Shown here: positions 46,541 to 52,280 of the stretch, piece by piece | Numbering within the stretch: the first letter of the stretch is position 1 | How the letters are laid out: each line of letters starts with the position of its first letter | DNA from: Perkinsela sp. CCAP 1560/9 | Lineage: Eukaryota; Protista; Euglenozoa: Kinetoplastea | Direction of reading: 5' to 3' | Length of the DNA stretch: 52,280 nucleotides | Assembly (NCBI GenBank): GCA_965644495.1 | Contig: CBFFSA010000055.1 | Location: forward strand, 1-52,280 | The notes under the pieces: model-generated | Seen by the model: the letters and a program-made list of their open reading frames with translations, nothing else | Database searches by the model: none | What the model was told of the DNA's origin: nothing | Made by a program: the position numbers and the translations under genes

Positions 46541-47418
46541 TGCCACTATTTTGCAAAATTTATGCTTTTGTTCATGAGTCTAAATCAGTTGCTTTACAAA
46601 TTTCCTCAATCATACTTCAATCAATATACAGGGGTGGGCACGAAAATGTGGGGGGGGAGTCAAATTCGTAGCACGTGGCCAATTTTGGAAAATAACACCA
46701 CATTGGAGAGCTCTCGCAGAGTTACGTGTCATGTGATAATGCGTTTCCCGTATCCAGGGGGTAGGTCTCTATGCCAAAGGGGGTAAAAGTGACGACTGCA
46801 ACTTCAAAAAATGTTAAAAAACTACGGGTACGGGGGGTGAAAAATACGCGCCAAGACCCCGGCTACCCCTTCTGCGCTTTTTTCCTAAGCATACAATATG
46901 TATATGCGTACAAACCGCATTATCAAATTCAAAAAATGAACCTGAATATTGAATTTTAGACCTTCAACCGGCTTAATAGACCAAAAAACAAACCGCTGTT
47001 TCGCGCTGTTTCACAAATCTAACCCGCAGCCCCTCACATATTGTATGCTTAGGAATAGCATGTATGAGATTGATAACCTCGATAAATGATATTTTCTTGA
47101 CACTTCCCTGTTCATATATCTTTCTTTCGCCTTTTATTGATGTACGGAATAACACATCAACAGGTTAATCAAGTATTTTCTGAGTTATAGCGCGTTCACG
47201 GCCCGTACGTGTAGGAGAAACAGACATTCTGTGCAATATTATCACACAAGCTTAATATTCAACGCGAATACACGCAGGTATCGATTCAAATACTTCCTTA
47301 TACATTCGAGGGGCTGCGGGTGGGTGTGTGAAACCGCACCGAAACCGCGGTTTCTTTTAGTAATTAGTCTTGGGGCACTTTGCGGTGGCACTTCGATTCA
47401 TTTTATAGATACTACATA

Positions 47419-48990
47419 CAGGGGGTGGCACGAAAATATGGGGGGGTCAAATTTTTTCTAACTTGTCCAATTTTGGAAAGTAGCACCGCATTCGAGAGCT
47501 CTCGTAGAGATACGTGTCACCTGATATTGCGTTTCCCGTATACAGGGGGGTAGGTCCCTATGCCAAAGGGGCTGAAAACAGCAATTGCAAGTTTGAAATT
47601 TTGAAAAATGTGTCATTTAATATCCATAGTGACCTCCATTTTTTTGGAATGTAATCTTAATACGAGTTGGAACAGTCTTCAAAGTGTTTAAAAATGTTTT
47701 GTTCTGTTCTCCTTTCAACAATTCAATCCCAGATGCGATCGCCAATCGCAATTCTGACCGATTTGTGGGGCATAATGAGCTTTTGTGGGCATCAATTATC
47801 CCCCAAATATTTTCTATGGGAGTCAAATCGGGGGACTTTGCAGGCCAAGGTAGCACCTTAACGTCGTTATCCTGAAAAAAACGACGAGTAGTATTGTGAA
47901 TGGTGCAATTGTCCATTACAACAACAGCACCAGGGTGTCTTCGTAAATAACTATTGAACTCCCCACGCTTGAGCATGGCCTCTTTGAAGACTTGCCCATT
48001 TACTGAAACTTTGTTGTTGCTACTATCACGGTTAGGAAACTCGTGAACCAAAAAACCGTGTTTTATACTCACACCCATCCACATCATTATTCCATCACCC
48101 CCCAGCCATTTCTCTCGCTCTCCGGCGTGCTCCTTCACGGGGTCCGTACGGCGACAAAGGTAAGTGGCATTCTTGCTCCCCCCGCAAGTGAACTTCTTTT
48201 CGTCTGTCCATACGATGTTCTCAAGTTCACGGGGAGTCCACTTTTCGAGCTCCTTGCAAAACTCCACCCGCTTGCGTTTGTGTTCTGGAGTGAGAGAAGG
48301 TGTGCGGCGGACGGTGCGACACATGATGCCTTCTTTTCGGAGGGTGCGTGTCAATGAACGCCGAGAGAAAGTGAAACCTTCCCCCCGAAGGAGAAAAACA
48401 AGTTTTTCCCAAGAGGGAATTCCACAAGTCTGGACTTTGACCGCATCATCGATTAGATGTAATGCGCGAGTGATGAGCTCGGGGGTCATTGTCGGGGATT
48501 GGCGGTCTTGATAGGGTGACCTCTCAACATCACCAGTCTCTTGATAGCGACTCACCCAGCGTTTCACAGTGTCTTCGTGACAGTCAAATTCTCTCGCAAC
48601 GGCAGAAAAGGACCCAGTTTCTTCATACTTCTTTACTAAAAGTATGCGGTGGGTGACTTTAAGCTGTCCACGAGGACTGTAACAATGCCGATCACGGTGC
48701 TGTACACCCTTGTTATTTGAATAAGCCCGTTTCTGTGGCATAACGCGGTGTAAAGATAAAAAAATAGAAGGAAAATACCTAAAATTTCGAAAAAATCGGT
48801 GAAATTGAAGAAAATTGCAAGTTCCGAAAACGTATTCTTTCGTCCAAAATAAAAAAAAAATAAAAACGCGGGAAACGCAATATCAGGTGACACGTATCTC
48901 TGCGAGAGCTCTCGAATGCGGTGCTACTTTCCAAAATTGGGCAAGTTATACGATTTTTGACCCCCCCCCATATTTTCGTGCCACCCCCTG
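47419..48990 (-). mobile_element. Intact Tc1/IS630 element (DD32E) with ~120-bp TIRs and TA TSD
   Basis: TA CAGGGGGTGGCACGAAAATATGGGG... and its inverse ending at 48990, followed by TA. A solo TIR copy lies at ~46629-46750. Confidence 0.92.
47617..48741 (-). CDS. Tc1-like transposase, DD32E, 374 aa, uninterrupted
   Basis: Paired HTH region, IVWTDEKKF, VVMDNCTIH-32aa-E and WPAKSPDLTPIENIW. Confidence 0.9.
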   Translation of the reverse strand: MPQKRAYSNNKGVQHRDRHCYSPRGQLKVTHRILLVKKYEETGSFSAVAREFDCHEDTVKRWVSRYQETGDVERSPYQDRQSPTMTPELITRALHLIDDAVKVQTCGIPSWEKLVFLLRGEGFTFSRRSLTRTLRKEGIMCRTVRRTPSLTPEHKRKRVEFCKELEKWTPRELENIVWTDEKKFTCGGSKNATYLCRRTDPVKEHAGEREKWLGGDGIMMWMGVSIKHGFLVHEFPNRDSSNNKVSVNGQVFKEAMLKRGEFNSYLRRHPGAVVVMDNCTIHNTTRRFFQDNDVKVLPWPAKSPDLTPIENIWGIIDAHKSSLCPTNRSELRLAIASGIELLKGEQNKTFLNTLKTVPTRIKITFQKNGGHYGY

Positions 48991-49329
48991 TATAACAAAA
49001 TAGTAAAGTCTTGCGCGTAATAATCATATTTTTGTTTCGTAATAATTGAACACGTTGGTATACAGCTGTTTATAGATGTTTACAACTCTTTATCGCATGA
49101 ACCATTGTGTGTATATAAACTTGCTAATTGGACTGACGAAAGGGACGTCCGCATTTGATTGAGGGGAGGCGGGTGGGAAAAAAAAGTACACAGGTAAGGG
49201 GATATCTGTTCTGGTGTTGTTCATTGGAGGATAAGTCGGGTGTGTGCATCCATGCAATCTCCTCGTTGAGCACGTATCTTGTAGGCCATGAGAACTGCCA
49301 GGATATTATCCCCAACAGCGAGATTCGAA

Positions 49330-49821
49330 TCATCCCCATTTCATAGAATTTCGCGACCGCGCGAGGAAAGCCACTAGGAGATCATTTTTTCTATGTTTGT
49401 CTTGATGGAAACGAGGGGCATTCCGTTCCGCCGCACCGATACCAAAATAGCGGCGTAGATGCAAATCTAGCTCCACGAAACTTCGATCACGTGGATCGGG
49501 TGGGCAATCAAATAACATCCCATGGGTCATCAGTTCCAGCGGTTCAAATGTGCCCGTCTCGCGCCCTTCCACTCTCTCCATCGCAGCGGAGTACGAATCT
49601 CCGGGAAGCTTGTCAACAGCGTGTACACTTGCGTTGGTAGGGGGGAAAATGAGATCTCCGAATTTTCCGTAGTCTACGGTCATCGTAGTCTCGTCTCCGA
49701 TCGTTTTCACTGTCCCTTTCCACAATTCTCCCCGGGGAACCTTATCAGAGGACCAGGCCACCGCTATTATGTCCCCGACCTTACACTCAGCTACGAAAGC
49801 GGAGACGGCAGATCAGTCATA
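49330..49821 (-). pseudogene. Unknown protein with Tudor/SH3-like N-terminal motif
   Basis: Extending upstream gives ..ECKVGDIIAVAWSS....LWKGTVKTI....MTVDY....FPP; the frame is broken near the start and at the end. Confidence 0.35.
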
Positions 49822-49957
49822 GTGCGATAATTTTTGCCTTGAAATTTACGGCTAGGATTATTTAAAATGTACGTATTTATCCAACATTATGTTTATAATA
49901 CCCCCGTCCACAAAATAAGAACTTCAATTATCGTTCTTGCATGAAAATAACGACTTA

Positions 49958-51433
49958 CTGTACCCCCCCTACTTAATTGTCATCGCTTTTCGGGAAAAAG
50001 GACAATTAAATAGGGGGGGTGCAAAATTTGAAGAAAGTAGGGGAAAAAAAGTTGCGCCGCTTCGCGGCGCACGTTTTGCTCTCTTCTAAACTATCTAAAC
50101 TTTACTATCTGCTATCTTTGTTCTTGTGTAAGCGTAAGTCTAACGGAGACACTAACATGCAAACGTAAGCCTGTGATTACAGAAACAGTATCGTTATCGT
50201 TCGTGGGGTATTGTTTTCCCCCGTTTCGACAGACGCACATGATGTATGTATTTTTAACACCTACAGGTATCGTATTAAAAATGTAGACTAGTTTCGTAAC
50301 GTTGTTAAAGTGTTATTTGAGAGGAGCAATAGGTGTCCAATCCTCACAAAGATCTCTACGGGTTTGGATTAGTCTCCGCAATTTTCATATTGCTCAGCCC
50401 CTTGGGAGCCAGTGATTTAGAGTGAGACTCATTATCTACGATCAATGAAGTTTCATCCCCAAACAGCACATAGGCATAATTTCGAACCGAATTCTGGACG
50501 TAAAGGCCCCGTGACCAATTTCGAATCCGTTGTTCTATGTCTGATGGGGTAAAACACCTGGTCTTACCAAGAGTTCGCCAGGACCAGCCAAAGAAAGATT
50601 TAAATTTCTTGTAAATTCGTTCCTTTCCTTTTTCGGACAAATTATCATTAAATGCCCCGTGTTGTTCCATCAGCTGTAGAACCATTTCCTTTGTAATGAC
50701 CTTGTGATTTTCTACATGCTCAAAAAGTTTCTCGTCAACTTTTTGCATGCAGAGTTGCCTCTCACTGTTAAAACCCCTCTCTCGCTTTTTGTCTTGGCCA
50801 CCATTATTTTATTTGTTGACCTGTTAATTGCGTATGGCATCGTTTATTGGTGTGAGAAGCAATGGGGAAAATAGTGTTCACGATGGGCCCCACTAGAGGA
50901 TTTTCTAGAGGCCCTACCCGAGGGACAGGAGGCCGTATCGTCACCCAACGCCCCAGAGGACCAGTAACACGTTGTTCATTCGAGGTCGTTCCCGTGTCTG
51001 ATGAATGGGGCTCAGATGGAAGGTTACCATTTCCAAGAAGGGGGAGAGATGAAGGGTAATCATCGGGAGCGTTGCGTTTTCCGGAAGAGAGAAATATGAA
51101 TGGAAGTCAACGGAAGGGTTACCATTTTCCGGGGGAAGAGATGAAAGGGATTGGCTGGGCGGGTTAGTCATCATACCAGCCCGCAATCGGCTCCTACCTC
51201 GGAGAACCATCAGTGGAAAAGAGTAAAAAATGAGTCAAATATTGTGTAACAAGATGTAATAAGGTGCTCGTAGGACATACACATTACACTAGACATATCA
51301 CATTACACTAGAAAATGAAAAAATGAAAAAAAAAACCGGCGCCGCTTCGCGGCGCCTCGTGCCCATGGCTCTGTCAAAAACGACAATTAAATAGGGGGGG
51401 TAGAGGGGTGACAATTAAGTAGGGGGGGTACAG
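49958..51433 (-). mobile_element. pogo-type element with TA TSD and truncated transposase (50356-50748)
   Basis: TA CTGTACCCCCCCTACTTAATTGTCA ... TGACAATTAAGTAGGGGGGGTACAG TA; YVLFGDETS motif. Confidence 0.85.
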
Positions 51434-51661
51434 TACTTCCTTTGTGCCTCGCACAGTGTTGAAACACCGTGAAACAGCGCTTTACGACATTCGCAGCCCC
51501 TCATGTATATGCGTACAAACCGCATTATCAAATTCAAAAATGAACCTGAATATTGAATTTTAGACCTTCAACCGGCTTAATAGACCAAAAAACAAACCGC
51601 TGTTGCGCGGTGTTTCGCGCTGTTTCACAAATCTAACCCGCAGCCCCTCATATAACATATT

Positions 51662-52280
51662 GCGGTGATTGTATAACTACCGCTCCACACTCGATTATTG
51701 AAAAAAAAGTAAACAAAAACAGTGAAAATATAAAGAGGAACACAGTAATATAATAGAAGAAAATAATATAAAAGGGGGCTCCGGTGGTCCAAAACTGAAA
51801 AAGAAAATTCAAAAAATGGGGGTCCAGGGGGGGGGGGGCCAGGGGGGGTATAACTACCGCTCTACACTCGATTATTGCGGTGGTTGTATAACTACCGCTC
51901 TACCCTCGATTATTGCAAAAAAAGTGAACAAAAACAGTGAAAATATAAAGAGGAACACAGTAATATAATAAAGGAAAAAAATATAAAAGGGGGCTCCGGT
52001 GGTCCAAAACTGAAAAAAAAAATTCAAAAAAATGGGGGGTCCATGGGGGGAGTCTAGGGGGGGGTCTAGGGGGGGTCTAGGGGGGGGTCTAGGGGGGGTC
52101 TAGGGGGGGGTCTAGGGGGGGGGCATACCGCACGAAATTTTTTTGAAAAAATTATTTTTCGAAAAAAAAGCGCAGAAGGGGTAGCCGGGGTCTCGGCGCA
52201 CATTTTCCACCCCCCTACCCGGGGGTGACCCCCCCGCGTATCCGCAGGACGGGTCCGCCAAGCATAGCTGTATTTCTAGG
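51662..52280 (+). repeat. Head-to-tail copies of the G-run repeat family, with (G-run TCTA)n
   Basis: Heads at 51662, ~51850 (partial) and 51877; the last copy ends ...TTTCTAG at the window edge. Confidence 0.72.

Noticed and set aside
1-52280. Fanzor/TnpB, reverse transcriptase, tyrosine recombinase or viral genes
   Set aside because: No RuvC/Zn-finger, YxDD, RHR-Y or capsid motifs were recognisable in the ORF track.

Overview
Eukaryotic, AT-rich, extremely transposon-dense DNA, most likely from a kinetoplastid or related euglenozoan. This is an inference from a spliced-leader (SL) match, intronless host genes all on one strand, and Perkinsela-type LRR proteins. Host genes are all on the minus strand: seven intact short LRR genes, one LRR gene split by an insertion, LRR remnants, and a GC-rich divergent ADP/ATP carrier preceded by three tandem 5'-partial copies. 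The rest is nested DNA transposons: IS630/Tc1 (DD35E, plus a DD32E family with one intact copy), pogo/DDE_1 (one intact), Merlin remnants, hAT-like elements with 8-bp and unusual 6-bp TSDs, Sola-like GAG-ended elements with 4-bp TSDs, MITEs, and a G-run-rich Helitron-like repeat. The best candidate for a new system is a 583-bp, TSD-less, non-coding insertion (35889-36471) in an LRR gene. One end matches SL exon nt 12-39 plus the donor GTAC, i.e. it starts at the CRE/SLACS target position. Its body folds into a multibranch RNA with six near-identical GTGCRGAGAG linkers and hairpin loops complementary to the SL-like end. A second candidate is a tandem array of four-hairpin RNA-like units inside a 108-bp inverted-repeat element (11742-12666). 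All alignments and folds were done by eye.
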